Below, one piece after another: positions 1 through 8,936 of a stretch of DNA of 32,000 bases. Made by a program: the position numbers and the translations under genes. The stretch comes from Deinococcus hopiensis KR-140 (lineage in GTDB: Bacteria > Deinococcota > Deinococci > Deinococcales > Deinococcaceae), in contig NZ_FWWU01000011.1 in assembly GCF_900176165.1 (NCBI RefSeq), positions 172,707 to 204,706 of the forward strand, written 5' to 3'. The notes under the pieces were generated by a model. That model had not been told where the DNA came from. It saw only the letters and a program-made list of their open reading frames with translations, and searched no databases. Each line of letters starts with the position of its first letter. Position 1 is the first letter of the stretch.

Positions 1-850
1 TCAGGGTGGTGGGCGTGAGGGTCCGGGTGTCGGTGTTGATGCCAACGGAAACTCCGGCTCGGTACAGCGGGTCTACCGGGTGTGCAGCGAGAGACCCGAA
101 GATTCCGATCTGGACGTTGCAGGAGGGGCATACTTCCAGATGAACGCGGCGACGTTTAAGTTCGCACAGCAATTCGGGCTCCTCGATGCTGCGGACTCCA
201 TGTCCTATGCGGGACGGGTGGAGCCGGTCGAGCGTCTCGCGGACACTCTGGGCACCACGCGCTTCGCCAGCGTGTGCTGTGCAGGACAGGCCGTGCCGGT
301 GGGCATAGTCGAAAGCAGCGACGTGCGCGTCGAGACTGTGGCCCGCTTCGTTACCCGCGAGGTCGAGCCCGACCACGTATGTGCCTTGGAACGCGTGCGC
401 AAGCTGTGCAGTGCGCAGGCTATCCGCTGCAGTAAAGTGGCGCAACGTGCATAGCAGGAGCCTTGCTTCGACGCCGGTCTCCCGAATCGCCTGTTCCAAT
501 GCGTGATTGACGGTCTGCACGACCTGTTTCGGCTGGAGCCCGCCTTCGAGATGCTGTAGGGGCGCAAAGCGGAGTTCCGCGTAGACAACGCCGTCATCAC
601 GCAGCTGACGCATCAGATCATGTACAGCCACGCGGAGGCCCCATGGTGTCTGCAGTAGTGCCAGACTGCGGGCATTGCGCCGCAACAGGTCAGCCAGATC
701 CGTGACTCTGGACGGCGGGACGTAAGCGGCGACGTATTGGGCAGCGGTGACGCTGGGACTGAGGGTGCGTACAGCGTCAAAGCTAAGTGAACAATCGAGG
801 TGGAGGTGCAGCTCAACCTTCGGTAAGAAACGGAAGTGATTGCCGGTCAT
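1..850 (-). CDS. add: adenosine deaminase, C-terminus cut by the left window edge
   Basis: Own translation of the minus strand from ATG at 850: MTGNHFRFLPKVELHLHLDCSLSFDAVRTLSPSVTAAQYVAAYVPPSRVTDLADLL...HAGE...RIGHG...VHLEVCPSCNVQIG...GVSVGINTDTRTLTPTTL. These are the canonical ADA metal and catalytic motifs. The frame stays open to position 2, so it is missing from the ORF track. Its ATG overlaps the upstream stop (ATGA at 847-850). Confidence 0.85.
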   Translation of the reverse strand, partial: MTGNHFRFLPKVELHLHLDCSLSFDAVRTLSPSVTAAQYVAAYVPPSRVTDLADLLRRNARSLALLQTPWGLRVAVHDLMRQLRDDGVVYAELRFAPLQHLEGGLQPKQVVQTVNHALEQAIRETGVEARLLLCTLRHFTAADSLRTAQLAHAFQGTYVVGLDLAGNEAGHSLDAHVAAFDYAHRHGLSCTAHAGEARGAQSVRETLDRLHPSRIGHGVRSIEEPELLCELKRRRVHLEVCPSCNVQIGIFGSLAAHPVDPLYRAGVSVGINTDTRTLTPTTL

Positions 851-1791
851 GCCAGACGCGGGGACACCGCAACTGCGCGGTGCAGCATGTCGATAAAGCG
901 GTCGCGATCGGCTTCCAGGACGACACGGGTGTTTGGGGGCTGCTGGGTGGAGCGCAGATGGTCTACGACCGTTTGCCCGCGGCAAAGTTCGCTGTGGGTT
1001 TCAACTTTGACGTACAGTTCCCGGACGGTCGTGGCGACCTGCTCGTCCAGGGCCACAGCCATGGCGATCGGATCGGGCAGATCAAATCCGGGAATACTGG
1101 TGTTCTCCTTGGCCCACGCTTCTAAGACCGCCTGAATATCGACGCAGAATTGAGCGAGGGGAGTTCCGAGCCCACGCAGGCGCTGCACGTCGTGAGGCGC
1201 GAACGTCGCGTATTTCCAGGAGACGTCCCAACCGATCATGGTCAGCGGCAAGCCCGCACTGAAGACGATATCGGCGGCCTCTGGGTCAGCCCAGATGTTG
1301 TACTCCCCGACGGGCGTGATGTTGCCAGGCCCCTGACCCACCCCCCCCATCACGTAGCAAGCCTGCAGTTTGCTGGAAATGCTCGGATCACGGAGCAGCG
1401 CTGCGGCGATATTGCTGAGCGGGCCGAGGGTCACGAGCGTGATTTCGCCGGGGAAGCGGTGAATGGTGTCAACGAGAACGTCCACGGCGTGCCCAGTGGC
1501 CGGCACGCGGCCAGACAGAGGAAGGCCGATATCGCCCATGCCGTCTTCACCGTGAACGAACTGGGCCGTCTGGAGAGGGCGCAGAATCGGAGCCGCCAGA
1601 CCTTCGTAGACCGGCGTGGTTCGGCCGCACAACTCCACCGTATACAGGGCGTTCTGGGCGCCCTGCTTCATAGGAACGTTGCCGGCAACGATCGTCAGGG
1701 CCAGGACCTCAACCGTTTCGTGCTGAAGAGCCATCACGAGAGCGACGGCGTCGTCACTTCCCGTGTCGGTATCAATGATGAATTTCCTCAT
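847..1791 (-). CDS. inosine/uridine-preferring nucleoside hydrolase family protein
   Basis: 314-aa ORF. The N-terminal MRKFIIDTDTGSDDAVALVMAL carries the DxDxxxDD fingerprint of the IUNH family. It is translationally coupled to add. Confidence 0.9.
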   Translation of the reverse strand: MRKFIIDTDTGSDDAVALVMALQHETVEVLALTIVAGNVPMKQGAQNALYTVELCGRTTPVYEGLAAPILRPLQTAQFVHGEDGMGDIGLPLSGRVPATGHAVDVLVDTIHRFPGEITLVTLGPLSNIAAALLRDPSISSKLQACYVMGGVGQGPGNITPVGEYNIWADPEAADIVFSAGLPLTMIGWDVSWKYATFAPHDVQRLRGLGTPLAQFCVDIQAVLEAWAKENTSIPGFDLPDPIAMAVALDEQVATTVRELYVKVETHSELCRGQTVVDHLRSTQQPPNTRVVLEADRDRFIDMLHRAVAVSPRLA

Positions 1792-1846
1792 CCGAGTCTC
1801 CTTGGCGGTGTAGAGAGGCGATTCTGCGTGACAGGCACAACCCTTG

Positions 1847-1862
1847 AGTCACACGTGTGACT
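1847..1862. promoter_or_regulatory. LacI-type operator (perfect 16-bp palindrome aGTCACACGTGTGACt), 56 bp upstream of the hydrolase start
   Basis: Perfect dyad with a central CG. The same 14-bp core recurs at 3046-3059 upstream of the adjacent LacI-family gene. Confidence 0.7.
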
Positions 1863-1899
1863 AACTGTACGTTGAGACCCGCTGCAAAACAAGGCCTCG

Positions 1900-3006
1900 C
1901 TACACCGCAGGTGAGGCTGTGGAACCACGAACCACCAAGCGCGGCACCAGCATCGAGGGCACAACCTCCAGCCCTTCGAGAAGATCCAGGAGCGTGGCCA
2001 CCGCCCGCATCCCCAGTGCGTCAGGTTCCGCTGCCACCGTCGTCAACTCCGGCTCCAACGCGCGGGCCAACGGCACATCGTTAAAGCCCACGACCGAGAC
2101 ATCCGCCGGAATACGCAGGCCCAGGGAACGCGCCGCTTTGTAAGCGCCAGCCGCGAGCAGGTCATCGTCGCAAAACAGCGCCGTTGGTCGTCTAGGGCCT
2201 CGCAGGAGTTCGGCCGCCGCCCGCGTCGCTCCGTCCAGATCAAATGGTGCGTCCATCTCACTCCATTCGAAGCCGACCGCCTCTTCCCGGAGCGTTTGGA
2301 GAAACGCTTCTTTCCGGCGCGTGAACGTGGGATGCGAGGAGCGGCCAGCCAAGTGGCCGAAGCGTCGGTGCCCCAACTGCACGAGGTGCCGGGCGGCCTG
2401 TTGGGCCCCACCTTCGACGTCGAGCATCACAGATGGCGCGCCAGCGCGAACGTCCTCGATTAACACGGTCCGGCCCCGCCAAGAACCAAGTTCTGCGTCA
2501 CTCAGCGCACTCCACAGGAGCAGACCGGAGACCGACTGCCTCGATACGGTGTCGAGCAGACGCCCACGCCACGCTCCGTCGTCCTCAGCGTCAATGAGCA
2601 CCACCGCGTGGCCACGCCGCCGCGCCTCCACTGTGGCGCCATGCAGGACGGGAGCGAAAAACGGGTTGACAGCCTGGGGAACGACCAGGGCCACCGCACG
2701 CGGCTCCCCCAGACGGAGGGTACGCGCCGCAGCATTCGGCAGGTAGCCAAGTTGATTGGCCGCTTGCCAAACAAGCGCCTGCACGGCAGGTGTCACACGA
2801 CCCGCGGCTTTACCGTTCAACACCAGCGATACGGTTGAGCGTTCCACGCCCGCCAGACGCGCCACATCGACGCTCGTCACGCGCCGGGAAATTGCAGGAC
2901 TTGATTTCCTCACGTTTTGATCGTAGCGGCTCAAAATGCCCATCATCTGAGCGCACCGCCTGGTCTCGCGCTCACCGCCAGATTTACCCGCACACCAGCG
3001 AAACAA
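1900..3006 (-). CDS. LacI family transcriptional regulator
   Basis: HTH segment VTSVDVARLAGVERSTVSLVLNGK, followed by a periplasmic-binding-protein-like fold (VALVVP..., VGFNDVPLA...). The true start is probably internal: ATG at 2946, or GTG at 2880 giving MTSVDVARLAGV. Confidence 0.9.
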   Translation of the reverse strand: MFRWCAGKSGGERETRRCAQMMGILSRYDQNVRKSSPAISRRVTSVDVARLAGVERSTVSLVLNGKAAGRVTPAVQALVWQAANQLGYLPNAAARTLRLGEPRAVALVVPQAVNPFFAPVLHGATVEARRRGHAVVLIDAEDDGAWRGRLLDTVSRQSVSGLLLWSALSDAELGSWRGRTVLIEDVRAGAPSVMLDVEGGAQQAARHLVQLGHRRFGHLAGRSSHPTFTRRKEAFLQTLREEAVGFEWSEMDAPFDLDGATRAAAELLRGPRRPTALFCDDDLLAAGAYKAARSLGLRIPADVSVVGFNDVPLARALEPELTTVAAEPDALGMRAVATLLDLLEGLEVVPSMLVPRLVVRGSTASPAV

Positions 3007-3044
3007 AGTTCTTGCCTTCCCGAACTGTTTCTCGTACTCCGCCT

Positions 3045-3060
3045 ACGTCACACGTGTGAC
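3045..3060. promoter_or_regulatory. second copy of the LacI-type operator (cGTCACACGTGTGACg), upstream of the regulator gene
   Basis: Perfect 16-bp palindrome with a 14-bp core identical to 1848-1861. Confidence 0.65.
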
Positions 3061-3470
3061 GCTATAGGGCAGCTGATGGACTGTGCCCTTGCGGCGGAGT
3101 TCGCGAAGCTGGACATCGCCCAAGGTCTGCCTGGGTCGCCTGCCCCAGGCAAAACTCAGAAGCGGGTGGCGCCAGTCCCTCCTTTTCCATACTTCCCGAG
3201 GGGCCTGGCTTTGGGCACTGTGGCTTCCCTGCTTGGCTTTCGTTCGTGGACGGGGAGAACAGGAGCGAGAGGGCGCGCGCCTCTTTCTTCCCTGTGCACA
3301 ACTCTTGCGAGCAGTGCCGCCGCTGCCTCGACCACGTGGTGTGCCTCAGCCGCCTCCGCTGCGTGGCTGCAGCTCGGCACCTGCGAGGAGCACACAGGAG
3401 AGATGGCCGCTGCGGCGCCAACCCACGATGACCAACGGCGACATACGGGTCCCAGTCCAGGAGAGAACCT

Positions 3471-4215
3471 ATGACGAGCGCTCAGCACGCCTTCACGGAA
3501 CACGCCGTACAGCGGCTCGCCCGAGACGAACGCGTTGCCGCGGTTCTGATCGCCGCGTCACTCCGTCACGGCGGAGACGCTTTTTCCGACGTTGATCTCG
3601 TGCTCGTATGGTTGGACGACGCCTATCCGGAGACCGTTGAGGAGCGCTGCTGCGTTGTGCGCACGCTCGGGGATATGCCTGCCGATCCGCCTGTACGGCA
3701 AACAGCCGCTTCACGTCGACCTGAGGTTCATTCGTCTCTCGGACGCCTTCCAGACCGCAGGATCACGCGCGGCGTACGTGCGCTCGCCGGGGCTCCTCTC
3801 GCAAGTGGGTGCCGCCGGAAGATGTGCGGGACCCTCAATGGTACGAGGACCGCTTCTGGATTTGGAGGCATTACGCCTCGCTTAGAATCGGGCGGGTTGT
3901 ACGAAGCGGTCGATACCCTGACGTTGCTGCGCGCAGGTGTGGGCCCCGATGTTGGCGCGCCGGGTGGGCAAAGTGGCTTGGGGCGTGCGTCACCTTGAAG
4001 CGCTGGAGGCGTACACCGGTGTATCGCTCGCGGGAACGCTGGCCTCCCATCTACGCCCTTCGTATGCCGCCGCCCTGAACGAAGGGGTACGGCTGCACCT
4101 GACCCTTCGGGAAGATCATCTACCACAGCAACCGCTGCGAGAAGCCCAGAAGGCCGTACAGGCTTTCGCGCGGAATATAACGCAAACGAGGAAGGAAAGC
4201 TCAGCATACCTCCTT
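3471..4215 (+). pseudogene. nucleotidyltransferase, ANT(6)/aminoglycoside adenylyltransferase-like, multiply frameshifted
   Basis: Frame 0 gives RLARDERVAAVLIAASLRHGGDAFSDVDLVLV (NTase G[SG]...DxD motif). Homology then continues in other frames: LYGKQPLHVDLRFIRLSD, PEDVRDPQWYEDRFWIWRHYASLRIGR, GLYEAVDTLTLLRAGV, then GPMLARRVGKVAWGVRHLEALE...AFARNITQTRKE. This implies at least 4 frame changes. Confidence 0.6.
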
Positions 4216-5015
4216 TTGCCGCGCCACGCGGACATCCAGGCGTCAGGAGATGGAACCAGACCCGAGGTGAAACGGCGCCTCCATCCACAGGTTGTCAACC
4301 ACCGAACGCGGAACCGCCGCTCGGGACAGCGAGGAACGCCCGTTTCCCCGACGCGCACCTCAGGTCTTTCGCCCCACGGGTTCGATCGGGGTACCGCTCC
4401 CTGCGTTCCCCTCCGCGCCGTACAAAGCCGTTCTTCCCGGAGGGACCGAACCCCTGGCCCGAGTCGGGGCTCCGTTGCGCCGTCAGCAACCCAGTACAGA
4501 CGGGGTGTTCTCCATTGGACGCCTGGAACGGCGTTCGCACCTCCGGTTGTGCCTCTCTGCGGGCCGTGAAGTGCATCTTTCCCCAGGGACTTTGACCTGC
4601 TGCTCCTCCTGTCCCCAGCGTGTGTACTCGCGAACGCCGAATCTGGAAGGGTGCCCCCCTTCTGGCGCCCAATACGTTGCACGCGCAGATGAGGAACCTC
4701 CGCACCACAAGCTTCGCGACGCGGCGGCAGATCGCGGCTCATCCGAACCTTACGCAGCATGGGTGACGCCTTCCGACCCACTTGGAAAGCGTTGCGGATG
4801 TGGGGTGCGGGAAGCTGCGCACCCCTCCCGGGTAGCACCTGGCGGAGGAGACGCCCAGCGGCAAGAAGGGCACCGAGCCGAATGAGGTTGTCCTGATGCT
4901 GTTGGTCAAGGCGGCACGGGCTGGGAGACACCTCCCCGCCCGGAGTGGGCAACTTCCCCGCGGGGATCAGGCACCGGTGTCGACCCGACCGAGCGGCGGA
5001 CAGCACCCTTATGGC

Positions 5016-5816
5016 TCACCGACTGAAGAACTGCACGAGTTTCGGCGCAATCATGGCGGGATCGACCATGTGATTCTGCCCCTCCAAGATCTCCACCTGA
5101 GCGTCAGGCAATGCCGCTGCCAGCGCCTCAGCCGAATCCCGCATCCAGGGGCTGGACATGCCCCCTGCCAGGACAAGCGTCTTGGCCTGCACGCGCGCCG
5201 CCACTTCAACGGGCACGCGGCCGTCTCCCATCGCTGCCGCGTCATAGACCAGTGAGGGGGCCAGGGTTTCTACCTTGGACCACCAGGGGGCGGAACGGGA
5301 CTGGGCGATTCGTTCTGCCGGGGTGCCGGTCAAGGTCATGAAGTGCTGCGCGGCGTCACCTCTCCGGCCGGCCGACACCAGGGCCTCAAGGTGCTCGCTG
5401 TAAACCCGCTGACGCTCCGGCGCGTCAGGGTCCTGCCGATAAGGCGCTTCCCACAGCGCCAGTCGATCGATAGGCAGCTCCACTGCAGCCTGCAGCGCCA
5501 GGGCGGCCCCCGACGAAAAGCCGAACAGGAACGCTGAACCACCGACGTCCTGCAGGAGGGCCCGCAGGTCTCCGATTTCGCGCTTGACACGCTCCTGTAC
5601 CCCGCCGAGCCCTCGCGCCGTGTCCCCGCTCTCGCCCCGTTGCCGCCGATCGTAGCAGACAGCACTGAAGTTTGGAGCGAGACGCATGGCAATCTGCCTT
5701 TGACTCATTCGGTCGTTCAGAGCCCCTCCGATGAGGATCACGGGTGTTCCCTTCCCCAAACGGTCGTAGGCGATTCGGGTTCCATCAAAGGACCAGACTG
5801 TTTTCAGTTCCATCAC
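5016..5816 (-). CDS. alpha/beta hydrolase fold protein
   Basis: 266-aa ORF with nucleophile elbow GFSSG and PVILIGG oxyanion-region. The probable ATG at 5813 overlaps the upstream stop (TGATG). Confidence 0.85.
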   Translation of the reverse strand: MMELKTVWSFDGTRIAYDRLGKGTPVILIGGALNDRMSQRQIAMRLAPNFSAVCYDRRQRGESGDTARGLGGVQERVKREIGDLRALLQDVGGSAFLFGFSSGAALALQAAVELPIDRLALWEAPYRQDPDAPERQRVYSEHLEALVSAGRRGDAAQHFMTLTGTPAERIAQSRSAPWWSKVETLAPSLVYDAAAMGDGRVPVEVAARVQAKTLVLAGGMSSPWMRDSAEALAAALPDAQVEILEGQNHMVDPAMIAPKLVQFFSR

Positions 5817-6061
5817 GCTGCTCCCAGGGTCGTGAGCTGCTGCCCAGCAACTGCGCCGACTGGGTTCAGCGTAAGCCAGATCACCCGGAGCGCTTCACCC
5901 TGCACTTTGAAGTACAACTGCAGTCCATTCACTTCCACGTCACCCACATAACCCCTTTCGTAGCCCTGCCGCTCGGCAGGGTCCATCCCCTGAACCAAGA
6001 CCAGGCAAACCACGTATCTGCGGAGCGCCGAGCGACGTGATCGGCTCATACCGCCCTGCAC
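5813..6061 (-). CDS. small hypothetical protein, start uncertain
   Basis: 82-aa ORF packed exactly between the GyrI-like stop (6062) and the hydrolase start, with a stop/start overlap. I recognise no family. Confidence 0.3.
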   Translation of the reverse strand: MQGGMSRSRRSALRRYVVCLVLVQGMDPAERQGYERGYVGDVEVNGLQLYFKVQGEALRVIWLTLNPVGAVAGQQLTTLGAA

Positions 6062-6553
6062 TTACGCAAGCAGAGGCTGAACCAGACGCGTATGACCCTC
6101 ACTCGCTGCAAACCCGTGTTCCCGCCCAGGGCCTCCAAAATGCGTCACGTCAATCCACTTATAGACTTCCCACGCCGGTCCGTTTGGCGTAAACCCTCCG
6201 GCCGTCACCGCTTGCTGCACTCGCCTGTAGGCCTTTCCGAGTTCAACGTGCGCACCGATATGCTCGGTGACCAGGGCTGGCCCACCTGGTAGCCGCCCAG
6301 CCTTGACCTCGCCCAGCCCTGGCCATGCTTGCGCAAGGGGAACACCCAGTTCAGCGTCTGCCTTTTCCTCACCGAAGGTGTGATACCGGACGAAGGGACT
6401 GCCCGTGACCCAAATCCCTTCCTGCAAGAGGTAGACCCGCAGGGCGCTCAGGCGTTCGCCATATGCAGCGCCGAGTATCGCGATGCGAACCTGTCCCCGA
6501 ATGCTCAGCGTGGGCTGCTCCTGAAGTTGGATCAATGCGGTGGACCCTGACAT
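6062..6553 (-). CDS. GyrI-like small-molecule-binding domain protein (SbmC/effector-binding fold)
   Basis: Taken from the internal ATG: MSGSTALIQLQEQPTLSIRGQV...GPAWEVYKW. The listed 222-aa ORF extends its N-terminus into the IS terminal repeat, which is spurious. Confidence 0.65.
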   Translation of the reverse strand: MSGSTALIQLQEQPTLSIRGQVRIAILGAAYGERLSALRVYLLQEGIWVTGSPFVRYHTFGEEKADAELGVPLAQAWPGLGEVKAGRLPGGPALVTEHIGAHVELGKAYRRVQQAVTAGGFTPNGPAWEVYKWIDVTHFGGPGREHGFAASEGHTRLVQPLLA

Positions 6554-6597
6554 GTCGAAGCCTCCTGACGTGTGGGGACGTGCTGGGCAAACGCTAG

Positions 6598-7977
6598 CTG
6601 TACTTCGGGGAAATTCAGGGACCGCTGAATAAAGCTGTGCAGGCGCGGCATTGCTGGCACGGAGGTGGCAGGGGCAGGTCCCCTGCCACCTCCGCTCGAA
6701 TAGCGGGGACAGTGTCACCTTTGAGGTCATCGGGCTGGGTCAATCGCAACCATTGAAGGAAGGTCAGGGCCAGCATGCAAAGCACGGCGTGGTGATGGAG
6801 GCCCTGCCAGGAACGGCCCTCAAAGTGGTCCAGACCGACTTCGTCCTTCAGCTCCCGGTGGGTCAACTCGCAAGGCCAGCGGCGCTTGGTCACCTCAACC
6901 AGCCGAGAGAGAGAGGTGTTCTCGGGGAGATTACAGACGTAGTATTTGCGTTCCTCTCCCCGTCGCTGTTCACCGATGATCCAGGCCGCCTGCCCGGGAA
7001 GGTGCTGGCCCTGGGCATTTTCCTCTCCATCGGCGAGACGCACGTACACAGCGGCAAAGCGTCCTGAGAGGGGACCCTTGGTCCCGTGTCGCCACACCAG
7101 GTGCTGCCATGCAGCACCTTTGAGGACGTCCTCCACCGATTGCCGGTCTTCGGAGGGGGTGGGGTGCTTGGGTCTTCTGCCACGAAAGAACTTGGGGATA
7201 GGGATTAAGCGAACGTCCTTGGGATAGACCGTCTGTGTGCGAGTCACACCCACCGACCACAGCAGTCCGCGCGTGGTGAGGGCATGGCGGAACTGAGCCG
7301 TCACGCCATACCCAGCGTCCGCCAAGACCATGCCGAAGGTGACGTGTTCGCGTACCCGGTCCAGTTCCTGGAGTGCCAACGCCCATTTGGTCTGTGGCTG
7401 CTGGTGTTCCATTGGAACACCAGCAGCCTGGAGACGCGCCGGATCGCTGGTCCAGTCCTGTGGCAGGAAGAGCCGGAGGGCCAGGGGAACAGGGACCTCG
7501 TGCTGGGCTAAGGTCAGGGAGACCAGACACTGACAGGACGTGATCTTGCCCACCTGTCCCGAATACTGGCGAGCAACCCCCACGGATTTCGTCCCAAATT
7601 TGGTCAGGCAGGTATCGTCAATGATCAAGACGGCGTCTTTGCCTCCAAGCATTTGCTGGGCCCGCTCGGCCAGCAGCGTTTCCAGGGGACGAGTTGGCCA
7701 GGGACTGTCGGTGATGAAGTGCTGGAGGTGGTCTTCTTTTCCAGGAGCCACCACAGCAGCCAGAGGTTGCATGCTTTTCCGGGACGCACCGCTGCACAGT
7801 CCACGCACGTACAACGGTGCCCAAGTGCGCCCTGCACGGTGGCGAAAGTGCGTCAGAAAGGGTGCGAACCAGGTGGGAAAATGTCGGGTCCAAGGGGGCA
7901 AAGAACGTGGCATAGCAGGAGGCCAGCATCACCGATGCTGGCCTCCCTAGTTCCTCCTGAATTTCCCCGAAGTACAG
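6598..7977 (-). mobile_element. IS701-family insertion sequence, copy 1, apparently intact
   Basis: Terminal inverted repeats CTGTACTTCGGGGAAATTCAGG (6598-) and CCTGAATTTCCCCGAAGTACAG (-7977). Flanking 4-bp direct repeat CTAG at 6594-6597 and 7978-7981. Confidence 0.9.
6615..7913 (-). CDS. IS701 family transposase (DDE)
   Basis: 432 aa: MPRSLPPWTRHFPTWFAPF...LQHFITDSPW...LIIDDTCLTKFGTKSVGVARQYSG...VLADAGYG...ELKDEVGLDHFEGRSWQGLHHH. Confidence 0.9.
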   Translation of the reverse strand: MPRSLPPWTRHFPTWFAPFLTHFRHRAGRTWAPLYVRGLCSGASRKSMQPLAAVVAPGKEDHLQHFITDSPWPTRPLETLLAERAQQMLGGKDAVLIIDDTCLTKFGTKSVGVARQYSGQVGKITSCQCLVSLTLAQHEVPVPLALRLFLPQDWTSDPARLQAAGVPMEHQQPQTKWALALQELDRVREHVTFGMVLADAGYGVTAQFRHALTTRGLLWSVGVTRTQTVYPKDVRLIPIPKFFRGRRPKHPTPSEDRQSVEDVLKGAAWQHLVWRHGTKGPLSGRFAAVYVRLADGEENAQGQHLPGQAAWIIGEQRRGEERKYYVCNLPENTSLSRLVEVTKRRWPCELTHRELKDEVGLDHFEGRSWQGLHHHAVLCMLALTFLQWLRLTQPDDLKGDTVPAIRAEVAGDLPLPPPCQQCRACTALFSGP

Positions 7978-7993
7978 CTAGAAGCTGCCAAGA

Positions 7994-8880
7994 TCACGAT
8001 CCAACTTGAGTGACCTGATTTTGGTATTTGCGTAAACACCCGACCCAGAGCCTGTTTTCTTGCTGGTCAGCGGAGAGACCTTTGATCAACTTCGAGCACC
8101 CTTCCCAGCTCTCTGCTGCCAGGCTGGATCTGGAATCTCGGAACTGGGGATGCGGCTACCTCGTCATCAATAAACGTCCCACACGTACTTCTTCAGCCTG
8201 TTTGTTCGCTCGCCACAGAACCAGACCTTCTATTTTGGATGGGCATCTTTTCACCCTCTAGACTTCGATGTTTTCGGGAACATCGTGGATCAGCGCGTTG
8301 GGAAAGGGCACGGCGGTCCAGATCGTCAGCGCTGGAGGGACGGCCCCCACGGATGGTGAGGCGGACCGTCTCCCTCCACGGCGGTGAGTCCCCAGACCGG
8401 TGTGGAGGAGGCGAACGGATGGAAGGACCGCGAACTGTTCGGGCGCAGGCATATCTACAGCCACTTCACGCGAACGAACCGGAAGCCCGTACCGACGATT
8501 CCCTGGGCGCGCCGCATGGAGCAGGCGTTTACCGATCAGGGCAGGACGCAGACCCGGGCAGGAGACCCGGTATTCAGCCATCAGCCTGCTGACCAGGGGC
8601 ATATCGGCCCTCTCGGTGCCGGGCCGGACGGGAAGCTGTAGGTGCTGGCACAGGCACAGATCCAACGCGGACAGCACATCAAGGGCGCGGTGAACTGGAT
8701 ACCACTGCCGCCGTGGGCGGAGGGCCTGCGCCCTGGAATGGCAAGCCAGCGAAGTACGGTGGGATGATGGTGGACGGCGGCGCTGATCGAGCAGTTGCGT
8801 GTGGTGTACCCCTTTCCCGGTGGACCGTGGAACGACCAGACTGTGCTGGCGTGGCGTCGGCAAAATGGGACGCTGGCGCT
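7994..8880 (-). pseudogene. phosphotransferase (APH/choline-kinase-like) family gene with in-frame stops
   Basis: ALDVLSALD...LQLPVRPG...PLVSRLMAEYRVSCPG...SVRLLHTG...(38 aa)...NALIHDVPENIEV, then TAG, then RVKRCPSKIEGLVLWRANKQ..., then another stop. The layout matches the LH / HGDxxxxN / IDW order of APH-type kinases, but key residues are substituted. The upper boundary is uncertain. Confidence 0.4.
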
Positions 8881-8936
8881 GAAGCGAGCCTGACGTGGCC
8901 TGCCGCCTGCCCCTTGTTTTGAGTTCTCGGCGGTCT

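Noticed and set aside
80-600. ORFs 80-454 (+) and 205-600 (-)
   Set aside because: Both overlap the adenosine deaminase frame, which carries unambiguous ADA motifs and is open to the window edge.
4370-4400. GGGTTCGATCGGGG, reminiscent of a tRNA T-arm
   Set aside because: The flanking bases do not form a T-stem, and no acceptor or anticodon arms can be drawn.
4116-5006. 296-aa minus ORF and the overlapping 197-aa plus ORF (4292-4885)
   Set aside because: They are mutually overlapping, Arg/Gly/Pro-rich, show no third-position GC bias and carry no recognisable motif. This is typical of chance ORFs in high-GC DNA.
6554-6730. N-terminal 59 codons of ORF 6062-6730
   Set aside because: The extension reads through the IS701 terminal repeat and has a non-protein-like composition. 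The GyrI-like domain starts at the internal ATG (6553).
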